Positions 48,755 to 57,884 of a DNA stretch of 64,000 nucleotides are shown piece by piece; position 1 is the first letter of the stretch, and each line of letters opens with the position of its first letter. The DNA is taken from assembly GCA_965226375.1 (NCBI GenBank), contig CBDDCX010000008.1, positions 1,600,001 through 1,664,000 of the forward strand. Direction: 5' to 3'. Source of the DNA: Longimicrobiales bacterium. GTDB lineage: Bacteria; Gemmatimonadota; Gemmatimonadetes; Longimicrobiales; Gaopeijiaceae. A model generated the notes under the pieces. It saw nothing but the letters and a program-made list of their open reading frames with translations. It did not search any database and had not been told where the DNA came from. The position numbers and the translations under genes are program-made.

Positions 48755-49786
48755 CTACCGCAGTAGCGACTTCGCGACCATCGCGTGCACTCCCACGTTT
48801 CCGTCCACCAACTCCGTGATCCGCAAATCGACCGCCATGGAGACCACCGAGTACGCCTCTCCGCTCGTGAGATCGAGTCGCTCCTGCAGGAACTCCACCG
48901 TCTCGCGAATCGCGATCTCGGTGGCATCCTCGAGGTCTGGAGCGAAGCCCATGAGGATGTGGTGGGTGGGAGTTTCAGCGCGGGGCCAATCGAGCGTCTG
49001 GTCCTTCAACACCGTGAACTGAAGCCTCCCGCGAAGTGACGTCTCGAGGCCGGTCTGGTCCACCTCCCCGTCACCCTGCGCGGCGTGTCCGTCGCCCACC
49101 TCGAAAAGCGCCCCGGCCACCCAAACCGGAATGAAAAGTGTGGTTCCGGCCACCAATTCCTTGTTGTCCATGTTGCCGGCATGGCGCCCAGGGGGATTAC
49201 TACTCACCCTGCCCGAGTCGGGTGGAGGGGCGACGCCCATGCTTCCGAAGAAGGGATGGAGCGCTACGGTCACTCCGGGAGCGATTTCGGCCCGACCCTG
49301 CTCGCGGTCGATCCGGATGAGGCGGGAACGACGGTCCTCGTCACAAAGTGAACGGACGAATCCGGAACATCCGTTGTACCCGTAGTCGATCGAGTAGTCG
49401 ACCGAAAGAATTCGCACCTCCAACACGTCTCCAGGCTCCGCGCCCGCCACATGGATCGGACCCGTCAGGATATGGCCCCCCGGCCCCCGGTCCGTAACTT
49501 GATCGTAGATCGCGGCAAGCTCAGGCTGCACTTCGGCGGCAGGCAGTCCCATGCGGACGAGGCGCGCCGGGCTGCTTGTGAGCATGGTCGTCACCTCGAC
49601 CACGTCACCGGATTGCACGGTGAGTACTCCGGGCTTGGTGGGGTCGTAGTGTCCGAACGCCACGGTGGTCGGGCCGGCGAGAAGCCGATGCTGGGCCGGC
49701 CGTGTCTGGGCGTGGCCTTGGGCGGGGGGCGCCAAGCACATCAGCGCGACGACGTGGGCCGAGATCACAGGCTTAGAGGAGAGCAT
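48755..49786 (-). CDS. Acetamidase/formamidase family protein, exported
   Basis: Signal peptide, HILTGPI.V.GAEPGD, GNMDNK, GDGHAAQGDGEV..T.LE. Confidence 0.9.
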   Translation of the reverse strand: MLSSKPVISAHVVALMCLAPPAQGHAQTRPAQHRLLAGPTTVAFGHYDPTKPGVLTVQSGDVVEVTTMLTSSPARLVRMGLPAAEVQPELAAIYDQVTDRGPGGHILTGPIHVAGAEPGDVLEVRILSVDYSIDYGYNGCSGFVRSLCDEDRRSRLIRIDREQGRAEIAPGVTVALHPFFGSMGVAPPPDSGRVSSNPPGRHAGNMDNKELVAGTTLFIPVWVAGALFEVGDGHAAQGDGEVDQTGLETSLRGRLQFTVLKDQTLDWPRAETPTHHILMGFAPDLEDATEIAIRETVEFLQERLDLTSGEAYSVVSMAVDLRITELVDGNVGVHAMVAKSLLR

Positions 49787-49990
49787 GGCTTTTCCTTCCG
49801 TCTGATCAGCGTCGGTGGGCCTTCCCCACCGGTCTCCGCTGGCAGCTTCATACAGGCTTGGAGGCCCAGTGACGATAGTCAAGCGACTCTTGGCCCTACG
49901 GGCCTTCGCCACCGAACTCCGCCACCGTCCGCGCCCCGCGTCGTCTCTGCGTACGAAACACTGGAGGCGTTCAGGCCGTAGAAGGAACGT

Positions 49991-50662
49991 ATGAAAGCTC
50001 AGACTAAACGTAAGCTCACGTTCCTGGGTGGTTTCGCCGTGTACTTCGGTGCGCTCTGGTTCCTGTGGGATACAGCCGCGATATATCCCTTGAAGGTCTT
50101 TGTCGTGTTGCTCCACGAGATCAGCCATGCCGTAGTGGCTGTTGCGACGGGCGGCACCATCGAACGCATCGTCCTGGACCCCAACCAGGGCGGGGCATGC
50201 TACTGCCCTGGCGGGAACGCCTTTGCGACCCTCTCCGCCGGGTACCTCGGCAGCCTGGCGTGGGGTGGCCTGCTCGTCACCGCCGCGCAGGCGAAACGCA
50301 TCAACAGCCGCTGGGTGGCGGGAGCCGCCGGGGTCTTGGTAGTCGCGCTCACCATCGCCTACGTCCGGAGCACGTTCGGGTTCGGGTTCGGGATCGCGTT
50401 TGGTCTGGCTCTGGTGATCGGGGCCGTAAAGCTATCGACGGCGGTCAATCAGGGAGTGCTGCTCACCCTTGGGCTGACCAGCTGTCTCTACGCCATCCTC
50501 GACATCAAGAGTGACATTCTGGACCGGCCGGAGCTCCAGTCCGACGCCGCGATGTTGGGCGACCTGACGGGGATACACACCGTGGTCTGGGGTAGCCTGT
50601 GGATTACGGTCGCAGTCCTGGCCAGCGCCTGGTTGTTCCACCGGTCGTATCGTAACGCCTGA
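49991..50662 (+). CDS. M50B family membrane metallopeptidase
   Basis: HEISH, AGYLG, SDA, multiple TM segments. Confidence 0.88.
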   Translation: MKAQTKRKLTFLGGFAVYFGALWFLWDTAAIYPLKVFVVLLHEISHAVVAVATGGTIERIVLDPNQGGACYCPGGNAFATLSAGYLGSLAWGGLLVTAAQAKRINSRWVAGAAGVLVVALTIAYVRSTFGFGFGIAFGLALVIGAVKLSTAVNQGVLLTLGLTSCLYAILDIKSDILDRPELQSDAAMLGDLTGIHTVVWGSLWITVAVLASAWLFHRSYRNA

Positions 50663-50717
50663 CCGACACCACATGTAGTGGTGTGACGGCGTGTTACACC
50701 CACCTGTCAGTTACTCG

Positions 50718-50746
50718 TTGATCTCACCGGCTCGGCCCCGTAGGTT
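50718..50746 (+). promoter_or_regulatory. Putative sigma70 promoter of the small intergenic transcript
   Basis: TTGATC-17 nt-TAGGTT. Confidence 0.55.
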
Positions 50747-50872
50747 GCCGTTGACCTATGGACGGTCTTGGGCCGCCCCAGAATCCCAGAGAGGGACAAC
50801 GGACGCGGACCGCGGGTCCTCGAGCCCGCCGGCGATAAGCCCACAGTCGAACTGAAATGAGGAGGTGATCAA

Positions 50873-50935
50873 TTGTCTAGTCCATGTAGCCTGTCCAGCC
50901 TGGCAAGGGCAAGCGATCGCCGCTTCGGTTTGTAG
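50873..50935 (+). CDS. Putative 20-aa small ORF (MSSPCSLSSLARASDRRFGL)
   Basis: TTG 7 nt after AGGAGG, within AGGAGGTGATC (50860-50870). Stop TAG at 50933-50935. Confidence 0.45.
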   Translation: MSSPCSLSSLARASDRRFGL

Positions 50936-50994
50936 GAAGCCGAATCGGCTTCAGCTGTTCGCGCCATCAGCGGCCATCGCGCCGGGTTGCGACA

Positions 50995-51044
50995 GAAAAA
51001 AACGCGCCGTCGGGAGTATGTGACCCGACGGCGCGTTTCTTTTC
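50995..51044. terminator. Bidirectional intrinsic terminator
   Basis: 15-bp perfect stem AAACGCGCCGTCGGG/CCCGACGGCGCGTTT flanked by an A tract and a T-rich tract. Confidence 0.88.
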
Positions 51045-51081
51045 ATCCAGCCGCCCCCGTGGGGCGGCTCAGGCCTGCGTG

Positions 51082-51660
51082 TCAGCCGAAGTAATCCGGA
51101 GCATTCCCCGGCTTCCATTTAATGTTGCAGCCGACGCTGGGGCGATGTTCTTCGGAAAGGGGCCTTCCCTCCAGAACGGCGTCAGCGGCCATCCTCAGAT
51201 CATTCCCGGTTACGGGCAGGCCGTTGCTCGGCCGGCTGTCGTCGAACTGCCCTCGGTAGACCAGCCGCCCATCTCCGTCGAAGAGAAAGAAGTCGGGCGT
51301 GCATGCTGCGCCGTAGGCTTTGGCCACCGATTGATCCTCGTCGAACAAATAAGGGAAGGTGTAGCCGACCTCCTCCACCTCACGAGCCATCATCTGAGGG
51401 CTGTCTGCCGGATAGGCTTCGACATCGTTCGCGTTGATCCCCACCACGGCGAGCCCCTGCTTCTGGTAGTCACGAGCGAACTCTGCAAGCTGAACTCGCA
51501 GGTGCTTCACAAACGGACAATGGTTGCAGAGGAAAGCCACCAGCAGACCCGGTGCGTCTATGAATTCGTCCCTCGAGACGGTCCGACCCTCGGTGTCGGG
51601 GAGCGAAAATGCCGGAGCCTCCATACCGATAGGGGCCATTGTCGATGCGGTCTTGACCAC
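51082..51660 (-). CDS. Thioredoxin-fold AhpC/TSA-like protein
   Basis: CNHCPFV, FPYLFDE.Q.VA..YGAACTPDFF, YRGQFD, GCNIKW. Confidence 0.9.
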   Translation of the reverse strand: MVKTASTMAPIGMEAPAFSLPDTEGRTVSRDEFIDAPGLLVAFLCNHCPFVKHLRVQLAEFARDYQKQGLAVVGINANDVEAYPADSPQMMAREVEEVGYTFPYLFDEDQSVAKAYGAACTPDFFLFDGDGRLVYRGQFDDSRPSNGLPVTGNDLRMAADAVLEGRPLSEEHRPSVGCNIKWKPGNAPDYFG

Positions 51661-51780
51661 GGGTCCTCCTGAGCCTCGATACCGGAACGGCGACGTGTCG
51701 CTCCACCGATCCGGTACCCAAGAGTGCCAGACGTGGGTCCGGACCCTCGGCTCAGTGAGGGTCGCCTACTACATCCACCT

Positions 51781-54627
51781 CTACTCGCTGCGCAGCGATT
51801 CCATGGGGTCGACCCGGGCCGCGCGGGTAGCGGGAAAATAGCAGGCCACATAGGCCACGGACGCCAGGACCAACGGCACGGGCACCAAAATCCAGAGATC
51901 GGTAGCCGACACGCCGAAGAGCAGGCCGGACACCAAACGCCCAACGGCAACGGCGGTAGGAACACCAATCGCGATCCCCGCCAGGATCAGGGTCAAGCCC
52001 TCGCGAAGGACCATGCTGCGAACCGTTGATCGCGCCGCGCCCAACGCCATGCGCACGCCGATCTCCCTCCTTCTCTGGCTCACCGAAAAAGCCATTACTC
52101 CCACCACCCCGATCATCGACAGGAGGAGTCCGACAACACCAAACGAAAGCAGCACGGCGCTTCGGAAGCGGGGCCCGGCGACGGAGCCCCGTAGGAGTTG
52201 CTGCCCGGTCTGGACGTTGTCGACGGGAATGGTCGAGTTAACGGACTGGATGGCGCTCCTGATCTGAGGCGCCAGGGACGCCGGGTCCATATCGGCCCTG
52301 ACCGCGAGCGTCATCCCTCGGGAGATGCCGTTCCACGGCTCTTGTACGGCTGGCAGATAGACGTGAGCCCGCGGCGGCTCTCCGGGACCGTAGTGGCGGA
52401 CGTCGCTCACGATCCCAACGACCTCCCATGTCTCACTGTGAATGCGAATGGGTGTTCCCACTACCCGCTCGTCCGGGGCCCAGAACATCTCCGCGGTGGA
52501 CTTGCTGACTACAGCCACACGGACGTCGTCCTTACCATCCGCACGCCCAAGCATCCTGCCCTGGAGAAGGCGCACGCCGAGTGCCGAGAAGGCGCCGGGC
52601 GTCACGGAGCGCACCTCGGCACACTCTCCCTCACCCGGGGCCGGTGGGGGAAGGTCTTCCCGCCTGGTACCGTCACACGAGTGGTTGTCGGACAGAGGCA
52701 GAATGTCGATGGCACCCACGGCCTGAACGCCCGGCACGGCGCCGACGGCACCGAACACTCCGTCGTACAACGCTTCGGCTTCATCTTCGTCGAGGTCCCA
52801 CCAGGCGGATCCGTGTAGGTCCATGGTCACCAAGGTCTCCGTTGATACTCCGACATCGACCGCACCCAGTAGCCACAGGCTCCGTACAAAGAGCCCCGCT
52901 CCGACGAGGAGCACGACCGTCAAGGACAACTCGGCCACTACCAACGCGCGCCGAAGACGTCCCCGGGCTCTTCCACCTGTGCCCTGCCGTTCGCTCGCGC
53001 CTATGGCGAAGCTGCCGGTGCCACGGGTCCCATGAACCGCTGGAATGATGCCGAAGAGGAGCCCCGTGAAGACGGATACTGCGGCCGTGAAGACGAGAAC
53101 CGCCGAGTCGATGCCGATCCCCTCGAGACGCGGCATGGCGCCCGCTGCCAATCCGACCACCACATCCAATCCGAGGTAGGCCAGCGCCACACCGACGACC
53201 CCTCCGAGCACGGCCAGGACCAGACTCTCGGACATGACCTGGGCTGCGAGACGACCGCGGCTGGCCCCCAGCGCACGACGCACGGCAACGTCGTGTTGAC
53301 GCTCCGCCGCCCGACCGAGAAGGAGATTGGCCACGTTGGCACAGGAGATCAGGAGCAGGAATCCGACGGCGCCGAAGAGCACCATGATCCCTCGCCGGAC
53401 ATCTCCCACAATCAATTCGCGAAGGGGTACGGCCACCATGCTCTGCTTCGCATTCTCCTCTGGATAGGCCTCGGCCAGCCTTGTCATGATCGTCGCCAGC
53501 TCCTCACCGGCCATCTCGACCGTGGCCCCAGCGGACAGACGAGCGACGCCCTTCCAGGACCGGCCCGAGCGGAACCAGTCTGGGGCCTCGAACCACGGAG
53601 TGCGCCAGACTTCGATCGACGAATTATCCATGCCTGACACCGGATCTTCGAACATGCGGGGGGTAACCCCCACGACCTCATACGCCTGATTATCAAGTTG
53701 TACGGTCTGCCCGACCACACTCAAATCGCCACCGAAGCGTGTCTGCCAGAGGCCGAAGTCCAACACGACCACCGGCCTGCGGCCCTCCCCCTCCTCTTCT
53801 TGGTCGAAGAAACGACCCAACACCGGCTCCACGCCGAGCACACCGAAGTAGTTCCACGATACGGTGAGACCCCGAACCACCGCGGCGTTGTCAGCCTCCG
53901 TGAACGCCGGCCTCCACGAGGACGCTCCCGCAACCGACTCGAGGGTGGTCGACTGAAGCGACACATCTCGAAGGTTGGGATAGGAGACGTTGCCGTGTTC
54001 GGGAGAAGCCTCGTTGATCCCTCGCAGGCCTACCAGAGCGGCGGGGTCACCGAGGACGAGCGGGCGGAGTAGAACGCCCTGAACGATGCTGAAGAGAGCC
54101 GTATTGGCCCCGATTCCCAACGCCAGCGTGAGTACGGCCACCACCGCAAAGCCCGGCCTCCTACGTAACCCCCGTACCGCCATCGCCAGGTCCTTACCAA
54201 ACCCATCCATCGTCACCCCTCCCGCCAACAAGTATGCAGCATCCGGAACCGCACCGGCGGCCCGCACCACGAACAGCCTCGATCCCACCTCTCCACCCGG
54301 CCAAGCGTGCCGGCGGCCTGTAACTCCGCCCTTCGATGCGACAACTACCGCCATCGCCAGGTCCTTACCAAACCCATCCATCGTCACCCCTCCCGCCAAC
54401 AAGTATGCAGCATCCGGAACCGCACCGGCGGCCCGCACCACGGGATCCCACCTCTCCACCCGGCCAAGCGTGCCGGCGGCCTGTAACTCCGCCCTTCGAT
54501 GCGACAACTCACCCAGCCATTCGCTCCGCCAATCCCGGCGCACCGATCGTGGGACGAAAAGACCCGCAGCCGAGATGATGGCCCCACACAGGGCGCTATC
54601 CCAGGGGAAGCTTGCCTTCAAGGGCAT
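51781..54627 (-). CDS. ADOP-type duplicated ABC permease with N-terminal prefix domain and internal duplication
   Basis: LALGIGANTALFS, CANVANLLL, RRREIGVRMALGA, ARVDP. The 5' region carries a tandem duplication. Confidence 0.9.
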   Translation of the reverse strand: MPLKASFPWDSALCGAIISAAGLFVPRSVRRDWRSEWLGELSHRRAELQAAGTLGRVERWDPVVRAAGAVPDAAYLLAGGVTMDGFGKDLAMAVVVASKGGVTGRRHAWPGGEVGSRLFVVRAAGAVPDAAYLLAGGVTMDGFGKDLAMAVRGLRRRPGFAVVAVLTLALGIGANTALFSIVQGVLLRPLVLGDPAALVGLRGINEASPEHGNVSYPNLRDVSLQSTTLESVAGASSWRPAFTEADNAAVVRGLTVSWNYFGVLGVEPVLGRFFDQEEEGEGRRPVVVLDFGLWQTRFGGDLSVVGQTVQLDNQAYEVVGVTPRMFEDPVSGMDNSSIEVWRTPWFEAPDWFRSGRSWKGVARLSAGATVEMAGEELATIMTRLAEAYPEENAKQSMVAVPLRELIVGDVRRGIMVLFGAVGFLLLISCANVANLLLGRAAERQHDVAVRRALGASRGRLAAQVMSESLVLAVLGGVVGVALAYLGLDVVVGLAAGAMPRLEGIGIDSAVLVFTAAVSVFTGLLFGIIPAVHGTRGTGSFAIGASERQGTGGRARGRLRRALVVAELSLTVVLLVGAGLFVRSLWLLGAVDVGVSTETLVTMDLHGSAWWDLDEDEAEALYDGVFGAVGAVPGVQAVGAIDILPLSDNHSCDGTRREDLPPPAPGEGECAEVRSVTPGAFSALGVRLLQGRMLGRADGKDDVRVAVVSKSTAEMFWAPDERVVGTPIRIHSETWEVVGIVSDVRHYGPGEPPRAHVYLPAVQEPWNGISRGMTLAVRADMDPASLAPQIRSAIQSVNSTIPVDNVQTGQQLLRGSVAGPRFRSAVLLSFGVVGLLLSMIGVVGVMAFSVSQRRREIGVRMALGAARSTVRSMVLREGLTLILAGIAIGVPTAVAVGRLVSGLLFGVSATDLWILVPVPLVLASVAYVACYFPATRAARVDPMESLRSE
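54176..54509. repeat. Tandem duplication (171-nt and 163-nt copies) inside the permease 5' region
   Basis: 54176-54346 and 54347-54509 are identical except GAACAGCCTC versus GG (net 8 nt). The protein repeats VVRAAGAVPDAAYLLAGGVTMDGFGKDLAMAV. Confidence 0.92.
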
Positions 54628-54631
54628 GGCA

Positions 54632-54949
54632 CTAGCCCGTCTGCCGCCCGAGAGGTCGATTCAATAGCGCCCGGGCGTCAGCCAGCCTCTGTTCCGCAAG
54701 AGGCAGCACCTCCGAGCCTAGGGCGGTGACCTCATAGAGTCTTCTCTTGGGCCGTCCTTCTTCAACCAGCACGGTCGGCTTCTCCCAACGCGCTCGGAGA
54801 TAACCGGCCCGCTCCAGCCGACGAAGCGCCGGGTAGATGGTGCCACTCGGTATTCCGGTGACGTCCATGATGTCGAAGCCGTACGTATAGCCGGCCACAA
54901 CGGCCTTGAGAATCAACGCGGTCGCGGGGGTGATTCGAACGGTTCCCAC
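54632..54949 (-). CDS. PadR family transcriptional regulator
   Basis: YGFDI, GTIYPALRRLE..G....WE, GRPKRRLY.VT..G. Confidence 0.92.
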   Translation of the reverse strand: MGTVRITPATALILKAVVAGYTYGFDIMDVTGIPSGTIYPALRRLERAGYLRARWEKPTVLVEEGRPKRRLYEVTALGSEVLPLAEQRLADARALLNRPLGRQTG

Positions 54950-54966
54950 GGTGCCCTCCTCCGAGG

Positions 54967-55016
54967 CTATTATGAACTCGACATAGCATAGTATGACGAA
55001 GTCTACATAGGGTCAA
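54967..55016 (-). promoter_or_regulatory. Sigma70 promoter with two overlapping 20-bp putative PadR operators
   Basis: TTGACC-17-TACTAT. Repeats CTATGTAGACTTCGTCATAC and CTATGTCGAGTTCATAATAG lie 24 bp apart. Confidence 0.7.
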
Positions 55017-55103
55017 GAGCACAGCTAACAGGGGATGCCTGTGAACAAGTGGACGGTGCTGATCCGGCGATGAGGAGGACGACTCAATACCGCCCTTGTA
55101 AGG

Positions 55104-55589
55104 TCAGCTTCCGTCGCCTTTGAGCTGCTCGGGCAGCGTGACGAGGTCAAGGATCTTGAAGCGCCGCTCCCCGACCGGAAGGTCGATCGTGACCTCTTCG
55201 GACTGGCGCGCTCCCATGAGCCCACGACCGATGGGCGAAGCCATGGAAACCTGCCCGCCATCGAGATCCATGAAGTCACCGGCCACGATGGTCAGCTGCT
55301 TTACCTCGTCCATGGCCAGATCGTGGATCTCGACCTTGGAACCAAAGCCGACACGATCGGCGGGCATGGCGTCGACATCGATCTTCGAGAGCTCAGACAT
55401 GCGGCTGCTGAGATGCCCCAGACGGGCCTGGACGAACTGCTGTCGCTCGAGCGCAGCCTTGTACTCGGAGTTCTCGCGCAGGTCGCCCAGCTCGACGGCC
55501 TTCTGAATGCGCTCGGGGAGCAGGACGTTGAGCTCTCGCGTCAACGCCACGATCTCCGCTTCGATCTTCTCCCGAATCTGATCCAACAT
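55104..55589 (-). CDS. greA: Transcription elongation factor GreA/GreB family
   Basis: GDLRENSEY.AA, V.FGSKV, SMASPIGRGL.G. Confidence 0.85.
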   Translation of the reverse strand: MLDQIREKIEAEIVALTRELNVLLPERIQKAVELGDLRENSEYKAALERQQFVQARLGHLSSRMSELSKIDVDAMPADRVGFGSKVEIHDLAMDEVKQLTIVAGDFMDLDGGQVSMASPIGRGLMGARQSEEVTIDLPVGERRFKILDLVTLPEQLKGDGS

Positions 55590-55637
55590 GAGGCTACGAT
55601 CCTGAGTGTATTGCTGAGAACATGGGCCTGGGACGCA

Positions 55638-55682
55638 TAAAACGAAGAGGGCCGCCCTCTCGGTCCGGACCGAGGAGCGGCC
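55638..55682 (-). terminator. Possible intrinsic terminator downstream of the amidinotransferase gene
   Basis: GC-rich hairpin (GGCCGC..CTCGGTC/GACCGAG..GCGGCC) followed on the minus strand by CTCTTCGTTTT. Confidence 0.5.
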
Positions 55683-55779
55683 AGCAAGCCTTAGTTTAGC
55701 GCCTCGGCCCGTGCGAACGAAAGGGACTCGGTGATCCCGGCACCCTATCGACGTCTTGGGAAGTCACACTGAGTGGGCT

Positions 55780-56691
55780 CTACCCCTCGCGCTCCAGCGT
55801 GCGCGTCAGGCAGGTAGGTCCACCCGACCCCTTGAGGCAGATCTCGGAACCGGCAAACAGGTGGACCTGTACGCCGGCGGCCTCCATCCGTCGGCGTGTC
55901 TCCGGGCTACCGTCGGCCGCGACACATACCCGCGGCGCGACCGTGAGCACGTTGCAGCCCAGGGTGTCGTACTCCTCTTCCGGCACTTCCAACAACTCGA
56001 TGCCTCGCGATCGAAGCATCTCCCGAAAGGGAACCGGCATGAGAGGAGAGTACACGACGGCCAGATCTTCATCGATGAGGCTGACGATGGACATGAGGTG
56101 GAAGACGTCCTCAGGGCCCCGAAAGTGGGGAAGCGGGACCGTCACGATCTCCACGTCTGGACCTACGAGCCTAGCGAGCTGCCCGATGCCCTCCGCATCG
56201 GTTCTGTATCCCCTCCCCACGGCCAACGTACCCCTATCCAGCCACACCACGTCTCCCCCCTCCAGCCGGCCCTCGCCGTCGATCCCCGAAAGCACTGGGA
56301 CACCCCAGTTGCGGTAGGCGAGATCCTGCGCCGAGGGCTCTCCTCGCCGGGCCTCCTTTCCCATGCTACAAAGGATGACGCCCGAGTCGGAGACTACGGC
56401 AGCATCTCGGGCGTAGATGGAGTCGAGGCCCACATCGTCCGCCGGGGGCAGGAAGAGCAACTCAGTTCCCAAGTCCTCGAGAAGTCTCGCGAACGCGTCG
56501 TATTCCCGTGCGGCGAGGAGAGGATCGGGGCGACCCAGGTAGCCCAAGGCCTTCCATTGGGCGTCGATGGCCTCGTCGCCACCAAGGGCATCACGCGGAT
56601 GCTTCACTACGGCCCGTAGCAGGCGGCCTACGTCGGATTGATACGTACTACCCATCCGCGGCATGCTCGGGGTCTCTCCAGTCGACGTCAA
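55780..56691 (-). CDS. Amidinotransferase/DDAH/arginine deiminase superfamily protein
   Basis: DSIYARD, RRGE, LEGGD, RT...G, FHLMS, GGPTCLT. Exact start uncertain. Confidence 0.9.
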   Translation of the reverse strand: MTSTGETPSMPRMGSTYQSDVGRLLRAVVKHPRDALGGDEAIDAQWKALGYLGRPDPLLAAREYDAFARLLEDLGTELLFLPPADDVGLDSIYARDAAVVSDSGVILCSMGKEARRGEPSAQDLAYRNWGVPVLSGIDGEGRLEGGDVVWLDRGTLAVGRGYRTDAEGIGQLARLVGPDVEIVTVPLPHFRGPEDVFHLMSIVSLIDEDLAVVYSPLMPVPFREMLRSRGIELLEVPEEEYDTLGCNVLTVAPRVCVAADGSPETRRRMEAAGVQVHLFAGSEICLKGSGGPTCLTRTLEREG

Positions 56692-57884
56692 GGACGCCCA
56701 GGGGCCGTCAAGGACGGGGAGTCGCTACTCCGTTCGCAACGCATCCACGGGGTTCACACGGCTGGCCCGTCGCGCGGGGACATAGGCGGCCACGAACGCC
56801 ACGCCGGCAAGCATCGTGGGAATGCCCACGAACGTGGCCACGTCCGTCGCCTCGATCCCGTACAGGTAGCTCGAGATGAGCCAGGTGACGGCACCGGCAA
56901 TGGCCAGGCCAATGACACTTCCCGCCGCGACGAGACGCATGCCATCACCGACGACCATGCGGATCACGGAGACCGCATCGGCCCCCAGCGACATCCGTAT
57001 CCCCACTTCGCGGGTCCGCCGGGCTACCGCGTAACTCACGAGCCCGTACAGGCCCACTGCGGAGAGCAGCAACGCTAGACCGCCGAACACGCTCAAGCGC
57101 AGAGCAGCCATCCTTGGCGGGAACAACATGAAAGCCAGGTGCTCGTTCATGGTCATGATGTCGAGTATCACCATGCCCGAACGAAGCTCGTTGATCGCCG
57201 CGCGCGACTGCGCGACCAACTGCGACGCGCTGCCTCCGCCGCGCACTACGTACATCAAGCCAGGATCATAGGACTGGCTCGCGCTAAAGTAGATGTACGG
57301 CCTCGAGTCCTCTCCCAGCGTTCTGACTTTGGTGTCGCGAGCCAAACCAACGACCTCGTAGGTCCTGTCGCGTGAGTCCACGGTCTTGCCGATGGGGTCG
57401 TCATTGGGCCAGAAACGCCGAGCGAAGGCCTCGCTCACCACAACCACCCTTGGCGACTCGGGGCTATCCACGGCCGAGAAGGCCCGGCCGCGAACGAGCG
57501 GAACGTCCATGGTCTCGAAGTAGTCGTCTCCTACACTGGTGGCGTCGATGTCGTAGCTGTCCCGATCGGGGAGCGGCTCCACACCCTCCGGTAACACATC
57601 CGTGAGCCGGATATTTGCTCCCAAGGGAATCCGGCTGGCCGTTCCGACCGCGGTGACCCCGGGAATGGCCCTCAGTCGGTCCTTGAGTTCGTCCTGGCAC
57701 ACGAACCCCTCTTCTTGCGAAAGGCCGCTCATTTCAAGGTTGGGCCATACGATCGCCGACGGCCCCGAGTAGAAGCCCAACTCGATGGCTTGGGCCTTCT
57801 GCAGGCTGCGTACGAAGAGTCCCGCCCCGATCAGGAGCACCAAGGAAAGCGCAACCTGAGCAACGACAAGTGAGTTGCGCAGGG

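Noticed and set aside
49787..50128. Long N-terminal extension of the acetamidase ORF
   Set aside because: Overlaps the divergent M50 gene. The signal peptide and RBS point to ATG 49786.
50855..50875. Possible 16S rRNA gene 3' end on the minus strand (GATCACCTCCT)
   Set aside because: The match is only 11 nt and the flanks lack the rest of the 16S 3' region. Treated as an extended SD instead.
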